From NCBI GenBank assembly GCA_964019335.1, contig OZ025701.1, positions 310,001 through 374,000 on the forward strand: a DNA stretch of 64,000 bases, given 5' to 3'. This document shows positions 1 to 11,571 of this stretch, one piece after another. The notes under the pieces were generated by a model, which was not told the DNA's origin, ran no database searches, and worked only from the letters and a program-made list of their open reading frames with translations. Made by a program: the position numbers and the translations under genes. Each line of letters opens with the position of its first letter. Within the stretch, counting starts at the first letter, position 1. The DNA comes from Diplonema japonicum. Lineage: Eukaryota; Protista; Euglenozoa: Diplonemea.

Positions 1-1636
1 AGCCATTGGTCGCCAAGAATTATGCATAACATTTGCAGCACCCTAAGCACGCCGCCTGTCGGCTTCCCCCCTCGTGCCACATCAGAAAGCTCTTCGATAT
101 CCAAATCGTTCAAAAGGTTCATCGCAACGCCAAGGTTGTCTGTGGATGCGACAGTCCGCTTGCTGTTCCGTTTGCTCTGTTCTTCCAGCAGTCTTGGCTT
201 CGCCAGGGCTTCAAGCCCCTTGCAGCACACAGCCACCTTTGGCATCTCGTCATCAGGGAGGAGCGCGACGATGCTGTCCCACGCCTTCCTCGGAAGCACG
301 TCCAACATGTTGCTGAATATGCCCGCCCCGAGCAGTTCCTTCGGCGCTTCTTCAGCCGTGTTGTTCAGCGATGCCTCCTGCAGCAGCCTCACCATCTCCC
401 TCTTCTCTGTGATGTCCTCTTCCATGATCGACGACCGCTCCAGAGACCTGTGAAGGGTGTTGTTTCTTCGTAGCGGCATACTCGCATGCGATGTCAAGGG
501 GCGACCGGCCGTCGGGGGGGGGCAGCCTTGAGTGTACGTCGGCGCCCTTTGAAAGCAGCTCCTGTTGTGGTGATGAAAAAGGGGGGGGGGGGGGGGGGAG
601 AAAGGCACACCTGGAGCATTTCAACAGTCCCTTGTCCGGCGGCCCAGTGTAGGGGTTGCCAGCCGACGAATTCATCTGCGTTCTCGTAGACGGTGCTTGT
701 CCCAGCGTTGCTGAGCACAGCGGACAGTTCCGTGTGCGGCACGGGGCTGTTCCCGTTGGTCAGGGCGCCCACCACGCTGTTACCCTCCATGACCTCCCCG
801 TCTTGCCCGATGTCTTCGTACATCTCGCGGAGCTCCCTGTCGAAGGTGGTGCGCTCATGCAGAGCTTGGAGTAGCTTCTCGGTGTCGGGGACAGGGGGCT
901 TCTCCTTCTGCTGCCCCGGGCGGGGTGAGGGGCTGCGGCGACGCGGGCATTTACTGTACAAACTCCTGTCGCCTTTCGGCGTCTTCAGCGATTTTTTTTC
1001 TCTTTTCTGAGGCGCGCACGCGGAGGTCAGGAAGCTCCCTATCCCAGGGATGAGGCTTTTAGAACCACCCGACTTGAAGACAGGGCGGCCTGGAGAGGTT
1101 GTGTAGATGCGGCTGGTGGCGTTGGAAGTGGTAGGGGATTTGGAGCGCTTTGTGGTGGGGGTGGGGCGGGCGTAGGTACCGCTTTTTTCGCTGCGGGGAG
1201 CGGAGAAGACGCCGGACATGCCTGAGGCGGTGTTGGGGCCCTCCCATCGGGACGGGCCGGCCTTCCATGGGGACTTGCTGGCACTTGCGAGGGATGTTCT
1301 ACGTCCTGCCCTTGGCGTGCTGGGCAGGGACGATGTCCTCAGTCTGCTGCCCCTCTTGCCTGTTGGTGGTGTGTAACCCCTTGTAGCCTGAATGTACGCA
1401 GCGGGAAGCTGAGGATCCTCGTACCCCCTATCACACCCATCGTCTGACTCCTCGATTTTCTTGCTTGGCACGTTACCGCCCCACTTCACGTTAGGGCACA
1501 TTCTCCGCAGCTCCCAGAGGTCCTTCGGCGGTTCATGTGTCTGCGACAGTTGTCTTTCCCCTTGTCTCATTCCCGGGCTCCTTCCAGGACTCCTTCCCCT
1601 CATCGTGCTCTTCGAAGACGGAGTGGCTACCCCCAT
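1..1636 (-). CDS. Ankyrin repeat + F-box + dynein-stalk (MTBD)-like protein, 3' end runs off the window; introns 562-610 and 448-481
   Basis: Ser/Pro/basic N-terminus, then GWQPLHWAAGQG..ELLSKGADVH..GRSPLDIA (ankyrin). Removing GTGTGC..ACAG and GTATGC..ACAG gives a continuous frame with LDVLPRKAWDSIVALLPDDEMPKVAVCCKGL (F-box-like) and AMNLLNDLDIEELSDVARGGKPTGGVLRVLQMLCIIL (dynein-stalk-like). Confidence 0.7.
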
Positions 1637-2053
1637 GCAAAATGTAATATCACTTTTTTTTCTTCTTCTTCTTTGTTTTGCTTAAGGTCCAACCCCCCTT
1701 CTTTTTTTTTTTTGTGTGTTGTTTTTGTTAGGGTTTAACAGAGAAAAAAAAGGGGGGAGGGGAAACAGGTGACAATGGAGATGGGGAGAAGGGGGAAGAG
1801 AACTAAATAGTGTGAATAAATAATCAAGCTTTTTTTTTTTAAAAAAGAAGTTTACAACAAACAATTATAATCTAGGAGGGAATATAAACGAATAAAAAAA
1901 GGGGGGGGGGGATAAGAGAAATATAAAATCTTTTATAAAAAAACTGGGAGTTCTATTGTTTTCTTTTTCCAAGCAGCGGGGGAGGAGTGAAAGAGGCGTA
2001 AACCAGGCATCTAAATAAGAAAAAAAAAACTTTTTTCTCCCCCCTTCTCCAAC

Positions 2054-5000
2054 TCACTTCTTCTTCCTACCAAACAATTTAGAAAAGAACTTTGTTATCC
2101 TCGGCCTATTTATGGTTTTTTTTTTTCCCCCATTCTTTTTTTGTTTTGCATTCAGGGCATACGTGGTCTCTTCTTCTTCCTCCTCCTCTTCTTCCTCCTC
2201 GTACTCCTCATATTCTTCGCCTTCTTCGACTTCCAAGACCTCAACAGACTCAGGACGCACAATGGGTGGTGGTCTGGAAGAAATGAAAGACATCCTCTTG
2301 TGTGAAGCAATATCAAGCATCTCGCTCGACCCAGCTGCAGGCAACACTTGGGGGGTCAGGTCTTCTGCGACAGGGGTTATGACGGGCTGGGTGAACATCT
2401 TCAACGACTCCCTTTGGGCAGGCGGTGCAGCTGCAGGTGGTGCCTCCTGCGCTACTGGAAAGCTCGGCGGCTTCTGCGCAGGTGGTGCAGGTCCTTTCGG
2501 CTCCTCTTTGCTACTATTCCCCATGGGGAAGCTCGGCGGCTTCTGTGCTGGCGGTGCCGGCCCTTCATTCTTTTCAACTTGCTGTAGAACCGGGAAACTC
2601 GGCGGCTTCTGCGTCGGGGGCGCTGGTCCACTCGCCTCACTACTCACAGGAAAGCTCGGCGGTTTTTGAGTAGGCGGCGCTGGACCCTTCGGTTCATCTT
2701 TCGTATCATCACTTTTCTGAACAGGAAAGCTTGGCGGCTTCTGTGATGGAGGTGCTGGACCCTTCGGTTCAACCTTGTTCCCCACAGGGAAACTTGGTGG
2801 CTTCTGCGTAGGGGGTTCCGGCCCCTTTGCACCCCCGTCGGCCACAGGGAAGCTCGGTGGTTTCTGTGTTGGCGGTGATGGGCCCTTCGGCTCCTCTTTC
2901 TTCTCGGCGGGCATGGGGAAGGAAGGCGGTTTTCGTACAGGTGGTGCGGGGCCTTCAGGCTCAGGCTTTACTTCCTTCGCAGGCACCGGCATGGGGAAGG
3001 ATGGCGGCTTCCGCACAGGGGGCGCGGGGCCTTCTTGTGCGGGTTTCCCCACGGGCTCCGTGACGCTGAGAATTTCGACAGCAACAAAGTCGGGCGGCGG
3101 GTTCGGAGGCAAGTCAGGCACGGCAGAGAAGTCAGACACAGTAGGAGGCTGCGTGGCTGTAGGGGGCACAGTTTCAGTGGCCGTGGGGGGCAGCGTGATG
3201 TCAAGGGGGAGCGGCACACTACCAGACGCTGGAAGCGCCTTTAATGTGAACTTCCCGGGAACGTACAACTCGGGGGGCTTGTTGCAAACGTAGCAGGGAC
3301 ACCTGCCTGACCCGCACTGACAAATCGACATGTCTTTCTTACAGTCCCCACATGTCGCAGGTGAGCGGGTACTCCGCTGACGTCTTGATAGCATTCCAGC
3401 TAAAGCGCCTAAAAGGATGTTGGTCATGCCACATGACAGGACGAGGTACCAGGAGACCCCGAAGCTGCTTTCGTGGCCGACAAGAGGGTGGTCCTGGCGG
3501 ATGGAGAAGCTCTCGAAGATGATAAGTGAATAGCACAGGATTGCTGTAAGAGAGAGGCAGCCAGAGAAAAGGATGGCAAAGGCGAACCCAACGGGCTGGG
3601 CATGCCACCACCTCTCAAAGACCCAGGCCTGGAAAAGCACAGCGAGAAGACAGAAAACGAGCCCCACAGCGCCTGCTTCCTTGAAGGTGTTCATGTCGTC
3701 TGTGTCCCACTCGATGCCCACCTCGCCGGCAATGTTGGGGGTCCAGTCCTTGAAAGAGCTGGATGGAGAAAAAAGCTTCTGCACACCGGAGTAAGCATTG
3801 TTCCGAAGGTTGGCATAAGGGACGTCAACGGAGTACAGCCCCAGATCGATGTTGTCTGTCAAAGTGGCGCTGAACTGCCCCAACCGCCAGTACGGGAGGA
3901 ACATGGCAACCAACACGATGATCGCACTTATTGTGGACATCACAAGCGAGAAGACAGTGTACGGGCTGCGCCTGAAGGGCAGCGGGGGTGCTGATATTTC
4001 CTTAAAAGGGTCGGGGAGAGTCGCAGCAGAGCATCGAAGCAAAGGATACCAATCGGGTTCCGGACGAGAATGGTGCAGAACAAGGTCAAGGAGCCTACCC
4101 TCGCCGACAGGAGCCTCCTCTTTGAGAATGGCAGTGAACAGCTGCTGGAAGTCGGTCTCGGCGGCAGCCGCGGAACGTGTGGATGAGGGCTGCATAAGCA
4201 TTTCGGTGACTTCTTTGCAATGGTGGAGCTTGGCGACGATCTCACTTGGGTCTTGGGAGGACTTCACAGCGTGCTGGAGGACTCTCCAGTCGATGCCGGG
4301 ACGCTTCAAACGCAAGGAGCTTCTAGGGTACAAGGAATAATCGTCGCATCGGAAGCCGTCAGGCGACGTCGAGACGATCTTGCAGTCCCTCCAACCCCCA
4401 CCGCGGCACACCCACGCCAGGACATGGTCGCCCACTCCTAGTATCGGGTCTTTGATCAGATTGCCAAGCCCCACCTCCTCACGGCCTCTCGTCGATTCCA
4501 CTGTGTAGCATGTGTCGGTCTTCGTGGAAATCTTACAGTAAACTGAGACACCGTCGAAGGTTGCTTCAGCGTATTCGCCGACAGCGAAGTCTAATGTGGA
4601 GCGACGGACCCGTTCCTCAGGGATCCGCTTCTCGATGCTGTTCGATTTGAGAAATAAAGGATGAGTGGACTTCATCGGCTCGTATAGCACTTCGTATTCA
4701 TTATACAGTGTGACCTTGAGTACCCTCGCATCAGTCCATCCAGAGGACGGGGTGTCCTGTACTTGGACAAGCTCACCTCGGACATACTTTGGATTCGCAT
4801 GAGGTACCTTGGGCTCTGGGGGAGGCGTTTCTGCCAGCGTATCGCCCACCCCCACATCGCTTGTGATCTTGTCAGGGCCTGCCGCGCATGAACTTGTCAC
4901 CGATAAGAACTCCACGGTGGGCTTTCTCATCTTCGTTTTCTGTCCCATGGTAGCCTGCAGGCTACGCCTCTCTGGCATCCCACTCCCTCCTGCCGACTTC

Positions 5001-5164
5001 GTGCTGTAGAACAGTTCGCCGTTCGGGTCAAATGGTGGGCATCTCGCGCCTCCTACGGTGGGCGATAGGGGGTTCCTTTGAACTGACTGGTAGTACACCG
5101 ACCTTCCTGGGGAGTTCATTCTTGTTGTGCCCCCTTTGGGTGGGCTCCCCGTTGCCCTGTGCAT
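2054..5164 (-). CDS. Tudor/Agenet-like domains + claudin-like 4-TM module + Pro-rich repeat tail; probable in-frame intron 2106-2162
   Basis: 1036-aa ORF with three Tudor-like motifs (YVRGELVQVQD..WTDARV; FAVGEYAEA; LGVGDHVLAW..WRDCKI). Four hydrophobic helices with a claudin-like 'PYW..LGLY' and 'FGVSWYL' pattern. GTATGC..ATAG 57-nt intron near the end. Confidence 0.7.
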   Translation of the reverse strand: MHRATGSPPKGGTTRMNSPGRSVYYQSVQRNPLSPTVGGARCPPFDPNGELFYSTKSAGGSGMPERRSLQATMGQKTKMRKPTVEFLSVTSSCAAGPDKITSDVGVGDTLAETPPPEPKVPHANPKYVRGELVQVQDTPSSGWTDARVLKVTLYNEYEVLYEPMKSTHPLFLKSNSIEKRIPEERVRRSTLDFAVGEYAEATFDGVSVYCKISTKTDTCYTVESTRGREEVGLGNLIKDPILGVGDHVLAWVCRGGGWRDCKIVSTSPDGFRCDDYSLYPRSSLRLKRPGIDWRVLQHAVKSSQDPSEIVAKLHHCKEVTEMLMQPSSTRSAAAAETDFQQLFTAILKEEAPVGEGRLLDLVLHHSRPEPDWYPLLRCSAATLPDPFKEISAPPLPFRRSPYTVFSLVMSTISAIIVLVAMFLPYWRLGQFSATLTDNIDLGLYSVDVPYANLRNNAYSGVQKLFSPSSSFKDWTPNIAGEVGIEWDTDDMNTFKEAGAVGLVFCLLAVLFQAWVFERWWHAQPVGFAFAILFSGCLSLTAILCYSLIIFESFSIRQDHPLVGHESSFGVSWYLVLSCGMTNILLGALAGMLSRRQRSTRSPATCGDCKKDMSICQCGSGRCPCYVCNKPPELYVPGKFTLKALPASGSVPLPLDITLPPTATETVPPTATQPPTVSDFSAVPDLPPNPPPDFVAVEILSVTEPVGKPAQEGPAPPVRKPPSFPMPVPAKEVKPEPEGPAPPVRKPPSFPMPAEKKEEPKGPSPPTQKPPSFPVADGGAKGPEPPTQKPPSFPVGNKVEPKGPAPPSQKPPSFPVQKSDDTKDEPKGPAPPTQKPPSFPVSSEASGPAPPTQKPPSFPVLQQVEKNEGPAPPAQKPPSFPMGNSSKEEPKGPAPPAQKPPSFPVAQEAPPAAAPPAQRESLKMFTQPVITPVAEDLTPQVLPAAGSSEMLDIASHKRMSFISSRPPPIVRPESVEVLEVEEGEEYEEYEEEEEEEEEEETTYALNAKQKKNGGKKKTINRPRITKFFSKLFGRKKK
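2450..3035 (-). repeat. Nine coding repeats of GPxPPx(Q/R)KPPSFP
   Basis: Counted directly in the translation of ORF 2054..5164. Confidence 0.9.
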
Positions 5165-5212
5165 ATGCTGATTCTTTCAAAGTAGATGGAGTGTAATAAG
5201 AGAAGATCATAC

Positions 5213-5243
<31 letters not shown>

Positions 5244-5259
5244 GTGTGTGATGCGAACT

Positions 5260-6424
5260 CTAAAACAGGTCGTTGGGGGTCTTCGGTTGGAGACATTGCG
5301 TCCGTCTCCACGTCAGTTCTCTGGTTTTCTCGTTTTTTTCGGTGAGGGACTGCTGCCAGGTCATGATGTGGCCGTCGTCGCCGCTGCTGGCGAGGGTTGT
5401 CCCGGTCAGGTTCCAGGAAATCCTCCAAATGTTATTGTTGTTATGCACTCCAATGCCTTCAAAGACTAAAACTGCCTCAAGTTCAGTATCCCTCGAGCCA
5501 GGGTACAGCTTGTTGATGAACAAGCTACCATCTTTGCTGGATGACGCAATAAGGTGGTACCCTCGCCCTATGGACGGAGCCCACGCCACGTCTGTCACAG
5601 CCCCACCATGCTCAATCGCCTCGGAGTTGAACCCACCTTCTTTTTTGTGAAGTGTGAGCGGAAACCATTTATCCCGGTTGCCCTGCCCCTCTGAGGCCCA
5701 TATCACCACGAGCCCTGTGTCCGTTCCCATGACCTGTATGAGAAAAAATATGGATTTTTTTTTTTTTTCCCCTTCCCACAAACCAGCATTTCTCGTTCCT
5801 CTAGGGTGCTTGGGTTCCAATCGAGACAAGTGACGCCAATACGCTGCCCGGCCCCGCTTGATAATTTTTTGGTGGGCTCGAACTGTCCCACCTGCTGCCA
5901 CTGGTCGAAGTCGGACCCGCCGGCTAGAAGGGTTTTGACACCACCTTTTTTTTTTTTTTTTTTCCCCCTCAAGACCACATACCATCATGAGACGCTGTTG
6001 CTATTTTCAACCCGAACTGACGTGGAGCGAACTTCACGTCTGTTACGCCACCGGTGCCAACCACACCGTCGAAGAGAGCTGTAAAGGGGTGGGGTGGGGT
6101 GGGACACTTCTACATACTTTTCCATGTTTTCTCGCCCCTGTGAGGCACCTCATGCATAATTTTTATCCTGTTGTCCAATCCACATGACGCAATTATCTGC
6201 CCATAGGACCCGTGCGCCCATGAGAGTTTTGTTACAGAGGCACTGTGCGTGTTCTCTATCACGCATGCCTCCACGAACTTGTGCTTTCCTTTTACGTTCT
6301 CCAAGTCCCACACTACAATCCTCTTATCCGTGCTGCATGTTACCAATCGCTTCCCTGCTGAGTTCAGTTGTAAATCGTGGATCAAAGAGGTGTGCCCTGA
6401 GGGGTGGCCTTCATCTATATCCAT
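5260..6424 (-). CDS. SEH1: Nucleoporin/GATOR2 WD40 protein SEH1; introns 6079-6117, 5945-5982, 5734-5783
   Basis: The spliced frame gives HTSLIHDLQLNSAGKRLVTCSTD, VTKLSWAHGSYGQIIASCGLD, VTDVKFAPRQFGLKIATASHDG, VTDVAWAPSIGRGYHLIA and WRISWNLTGTTLASSGDDG, all SEH1-type motifs. Three GT-AG introns join the ORF pieces in phase. Confidence 0.9.
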
Positions 6425-7472
6425 TTTTTTCTTCTTTTATTTCCTTTTTTTTTCCTTCTCTCCTCTCCTATTTTCTTTTTCTTTCTTCGTTCTGAGCGTT
6501 GGGGGGGGGGAATAAAAGTGCTTTTTTGGTTGCGGGGAAAAAATGTGGGGGGGGGACTGGTGGAGTTCTTAAAAAAAAGAGAAAAAAGAACAAGGCGGGG
6601 GGGGGGGGGGGGGTGGAAAGAGAATCAAAATAATTCTCCCTTCCCCCCTTTTGTTCTCCCCTCTTTGTTGTATAAAAAAGATGGGGGGGGGGATTACAGT
6701 CAGCAAGAAGAATGTCGGGTCCCACGGGGAAGGATCGCGGGAAAACAAGGAAAATAAAAGTTTTTTAAAACGAGACGCTTTTTCTTTTTTTTTTTTTTTG
6801 AAACGGCTTGGAAAGTAAAGTAATACCCCATAAAACGCATTATCAATGCCCAGGCATATTTTATTATCTTGTTGTTGATTACTGTAAATCCCCAACATTC
6901 CTGTTTCTTGATGAATACAATAACAAAGCGTTTCTGTTTCATCAGAACAATAAAGGAGAAGTAATCTCAAAACACACCTGCGGGGGACCAAGCACACAAC
7001 ATCGTGCCACTGAAGTGGGGGGAGAAGGAGAAAGAAAGAAAGAAAAAAAGAAGGGCCGTATTTAGGGGTTTGAGGCTGCCTCTTTGATTGCACAAAATAT
7101 AATCTCCTCTCTCCATTTGGGTCCACCCCCCCTGCTTTTTTATTTTGAAAAGAAAAAAAAGAAAGTGTAAGAAAAAAAAAAGAAAAGAAATAAGAAAAGA
7201 CAACACCAGCGGGGATACCTTAAAAATGAAGGGAAAATGCTGTTTTTTTTCCCCCCCTTTTTTCATATTACACATCGGGAAGGGTCTGTCTCAGGCACAT
7301 TTGAATTCCTTTTTCTACATGGTTTTTTTTTTTTTTTTTCCTATCTTCTTTTTTTTCTTTCTGCCCACCTCCATCTTTCGGCCGTATTGATAACAAATCA
7401 GTTAATGCCCCTCCCTTTCCCCCTATTTTTTTTTCTTTTTTTTTTTTTTAAAAATATTTTCTCTCTCTTTAT

Positions 7473-8909
7473 TTAAGATGGCAGTTCGTCTTCAGAATCC
7501 TGTTCCTGGAGCTGGCCTTTCTGCTGCTCCCCTGCTTGTTCATTTTCAAGCGCTTCGCGGTCGGCCTGCTCCTTGGCGCGTTTGGCTGCTTTCTTCGCTT
7601 TCTTTTCTTTCTTGGATTTTTTATCCTTCTTGGGTTTATTTTCAGCCTCTACGCCCTGCTCTTCCTCTTGTCCGGCAACCTCATTCTCCACGGTCGCTGC
7701 TTCGACTGCGGGAGTGTCATTTACGTCAGCGACCCCTCCTTCAGGTGGTGGTGGTGGTCCTGTTTCGAACTCATCTTTTGCATCTTCTTGGTCATCGTCC
7801 GGGATCATCTCACCTTCCTCCTCAGGGTCATTGTGAACAGCGGGGCCCTTCGAAACCTCCACTTCTACCTCTGCTTCTTCAACTGGGGGTTGTGGGGGTG
7901 GCATTGAAGGGAATGCGTACCCGCTTCCTGGTTCATCATCGCTCCCCTCACCCTCGACGGCATCCATGGCGCCTTCTTCTTCAGGCAGCGGATCAACCAG
8001 GGCGGGTGATGGAACCCTTGACCGCTTCTTTGCTTTCTTATCTTTCTTTTCTTTTTTGCTCTTTCGTCGTTCCTCCCTTTTCTTCTCTGCGACTGGTACC
8101 CACGCCATGACAGGATCGCCCGCGCACATCGACAGGTAGGAAGCGATCACATCCGATCGCTGGGTTTCTTTTTCGATGAGACGCCCGTTTAGCTCTGCGA
8201 CGGTGGCCTTCAGCCCGTCGTCGGTGGGGTCCTCGCCTGCGTTCTGAAGGGTCTCCTTGATGGTAGCGTTGAGGGCGTCGATCTCCTTCTTCAAAGTCGA
8301 CTGCTCATCCTTCAAGTTCAACACATCAGAGTGCAGGTCTTCGTACCGAACGATCGTCATGTTCGTCATGTCGACCATCTTGCGCAGCCCTGCAGGGATC
8401 GTGCACACCTTGAAGGCACGTTCCGCATGCTGTGGAGTGTTTTCTTCTTCTTTTTTTTTTTGGAAAAAAAAAGTATACCTGAATGGATACTTTCAACGAG
8501 CCTGCAATGTGGTCCATCTTGTCGACGAGGTCCTTAGGGGGCGGCTCTGCGGTGTCTGCCGTGTCCATGATGGCCTGTCTGATCCTCACCCAGCTCTTAT
8601 GGCTGTGAGCGATGATGCCCACAGTCAACGCGGCCTTTCCAGGCAGCAGTTTTGCGACACGGGTGGAGGTTTCATCTTGAACTATTTCTGACCTCCCCGC
8701 TGCTTCTCCGTACTGAGTGGCTGTGAGGCGATCTACGCAGACCCCTCCCTCTGTGGCGGCAGGCAGTGTGTGCGAAAGACTGGATCCGTGCCTTTCCTTT
8801 CGCATAGTACTGCGTCTGCTTGACGTGTTCAGAGTTTGGAGTGAGGACTCTCTACTGATACTTGACAAGGTTGGCTTGCGTAAACCAGGACGGACTTCCG
8901 GTCGGTGCT

Positions 8910-8957
<48 letters not shown>

Positions 8958-10721
8958 CCCCCGGAAAAGGTATACTTTTCTGTAAAAGACAAGCTTCAGC
9001 GTGGACTGCTTGTCAACAGCGGCCTTGAGCTCGTTCCATTTCGTGATGATCTTGTTGTTCACCGAGATGAGCCTGTACCCTATGAACCTGTCGAGGTTGT
9101 ACTTCGCACCAACACCGCCTTCCTGCACCCCTAGAAGCAAATTATGATCCTTCCAGTCCATCTTAAGAGATTCAGTAGGGGCCCTTTCGATGATGACCTC
9201 CTCGCCCATATCTGGGGAGGGTGCTTCGGATTTCTTTCGGAGCTTCATGCTGGAGGTAGCGGCGTCGTAACCATCACGAAGGGCGACTGGGTACTCCCCG
9301 ACCCAATCGTCGTAAATAGCTCCTTTGGACCGCCATTTTTCGCAGAGTTTTTGAACAGCGGTGTCGAAGGGGAACCGGCCATCGGTGATGTCTTCTAAAA
9401 GGCTGTCGACCTTCGACAGGTGCCGTTCGTCGTATTGTTCGTAAAGCTGTTCGAGTATGTACTTCATGACGCCGATGCACTGCCTGCCTTTCCAGTCGGA
9501 TTCGGGAAGCGAGAATTTTTTGCAAAGTGCGGACATTACTCGGTCGATGGTTGCTTTTTTTGTGATGACCCTGGCAGCGAGATCGGAAATAACGTGTTGG
9601 GGTTGGATGATGTCAAGCTCATTAAAGAAAACCTCGAGTCGGAAGTTGATACCCTCCTCGGTGAGGGGAGACGAGGTGGTTTGGTTCCTGACCGTTCCGT
9701 TGAGCGGTTTTCGCGCGGTTTTTAAAACGTTTCCGTCATCATCGTCAACACGAATAATAGAGATTAGAGAACACTGTGCCCAACCGTCCTTCATACCGGG
9801 AGCTCCTCCGTAATATTCCCATGATTGTATTAAGTCTGGGAAGGTTCCGTTGTGGGGGTTTTTCGAGGACACTACACCGAGGTTTTGCGACATTTTCACG
9901 GCGGTGGAGAACATCCAGTACCCTCCTGGGCCGTTGTATAACCGTTGGCGTCGGTACTGCCATGCTGGCATTTCGTTGTGGATGTCTTCCATTAAAATGT
10001 AGGTTCCCTCGATGTCAGGTTGTTCGTAACAGGTTACCTTCATCGCGAGGGGAATCGCAGAGAGTGGTGTTGTAGTTCTGTCCATCCATTCCTCTGCACG
10101 GGTTGCTTTTTCACTTTCAGTTACAGACTGCCGTTTCCACGTATCACTGTCTGTCCATAATAGTAGTTTTTGGTTTGATTTTGCCAGGTCGATTTCACAG
10201 TTTGAAAGTGCTACTGTTAAGTTCGTGATTTTAAGTGTGACTGGGTTTTTTTCACCTGCGTATTGAACTTCTGTTTTGTTAACACTGACTAAGGTTCCTT
10301 TTGACGTTACCCATTGCCCGTTGAGGGCCTTGAAGATGCCTTCTTTTCCCTGCATTTTTAAGAGGAGGCTCAAAGAGGCTTGGTCTGTGATTTCTTCTTC
10401 CGGTTCTTCTTGTTTTTTCCCTCTTTTCCAGGATATTGAGGGAAACCACCTTCGGCGTCCGGCGGGGGGTTCTTGTTTTTCAGAGACGGCTGTGGAGGCT
10501 TCGTCGACGGCCATGTCGCCTTCTTCGTCTTCGTGTTGGCTGTGGTCGTCTTCGTGCTCCTCCTTATCGTCCTTGTCATCGTCGTTTTCGGTTACAGAAG
10601 CCACGTTCCCATTGGTGGCGTCAACCATGAAAGGGTCAGGGCCTTTGTCGTCTGTTTCATCCTTCTCGTCTCCTTTTCCCTCTCCTGCCCACCATCTCCG
10701 CATGCTTGTTAATGTCATCAT
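7473..10721 (-). CDS. Large protein with Trp/Tyr-rich beta domain, PDZ-like domain, coiled coil and acidic/Lys-rich tail; introns 8908-8975 and 8430-8478
   Basis: ORFs 8829..10721, 8326..8868 and 7473..8408 join in frame via two GTATAC..CAG introns (FYRK|HRPE; VSIQ|HAER). PDZ-like segment VIIERAPTESLKMDW..RFIGYRLISVNN. Confidence 0.75.
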
Positions 10722-11571
10722 TTTTTTTTTTTTTTTTTTTTTGCCCCGCTCCCTTTTTTTTTTTTTTTTCCCGGGTGAGGAAAAAAAAAAAAAAAAAAAA
10801 AAAAAAAACTATTAGGGGAAAAGAGAGGGTGGGGTGGGAAGAAAAAAAAAAATAAGGGGTAAGGAAGAAGTATAAAAAAAAAAGGAAGAAAAAAAAACCC
10901 CCCCTTTCGTCATGTTCTTTTCTGTATCAGGTATCATTTTTTTTTCCCGTCCTTCTATACGTTGTGAAATAAAATAAAAAAAAATGACTTCGCTCACCAA
11001 AATTCTACTTTTTTTTTTTCTCTCTCTTCAATATTTAGCATTGATTTGTATCAAGAGGGTACTAATATTCTTTATTGGAAAAAAAAAAAAAAGAAAATAA
11101 AAGGGGAAAGAAAAAAAAGGGGAAGGGTAAACGAATCGGTGTTGTTTTTTTTTTTTTTTTCTCTCTCTTTTTTTTTTTCCCTTCCTTTTTTTTCCCCCTC
11201 TCTCTTTAGTAAAGAAGAAGAAATAAGAAAAACAAAAACTCGATCTATTTTTTGCGTGGGCTGGTGCCCACCACAAAAAATTCTCAGTCTTAAACTCTCT
11301 TTATCCTCTTATGGTGTTTTGCTTTTTTTTTTCCCCCTTTCTCAAATAACCCAGCATTCAAAGAAAAAAGTAAACACTTACCGCTTGTGTGCAGAGGGGG
11401 GGTTTAAAAAAGATGGGGGGGAGGGGAAGGAAGAAAAGAAACAAAAAAGAATAAAAATCAAAAAAAAAGGGGGAAGGTGGATAGATCGATATTTCTTTTT
11501 TCACTGCTTTTTTGTTATTGCCTTCTTTGTTCAAAAGATTTTTTACGCCGGGAAAACCCGCACCCCCCACC

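Noticed and set aside
6404-7476. Numerous poly-Lys/poly-Phe/poly-Gly ORFs here and at 10.8-11.6, 13.9-15.6, 22.4-24.5, 32.4-33.3 and 35-35.8 kb
   Set aside because: Products of A/T/G/C homopolymer runs in spacers, with no protein-like content. The runs themselves may be partly consensus artefacts.
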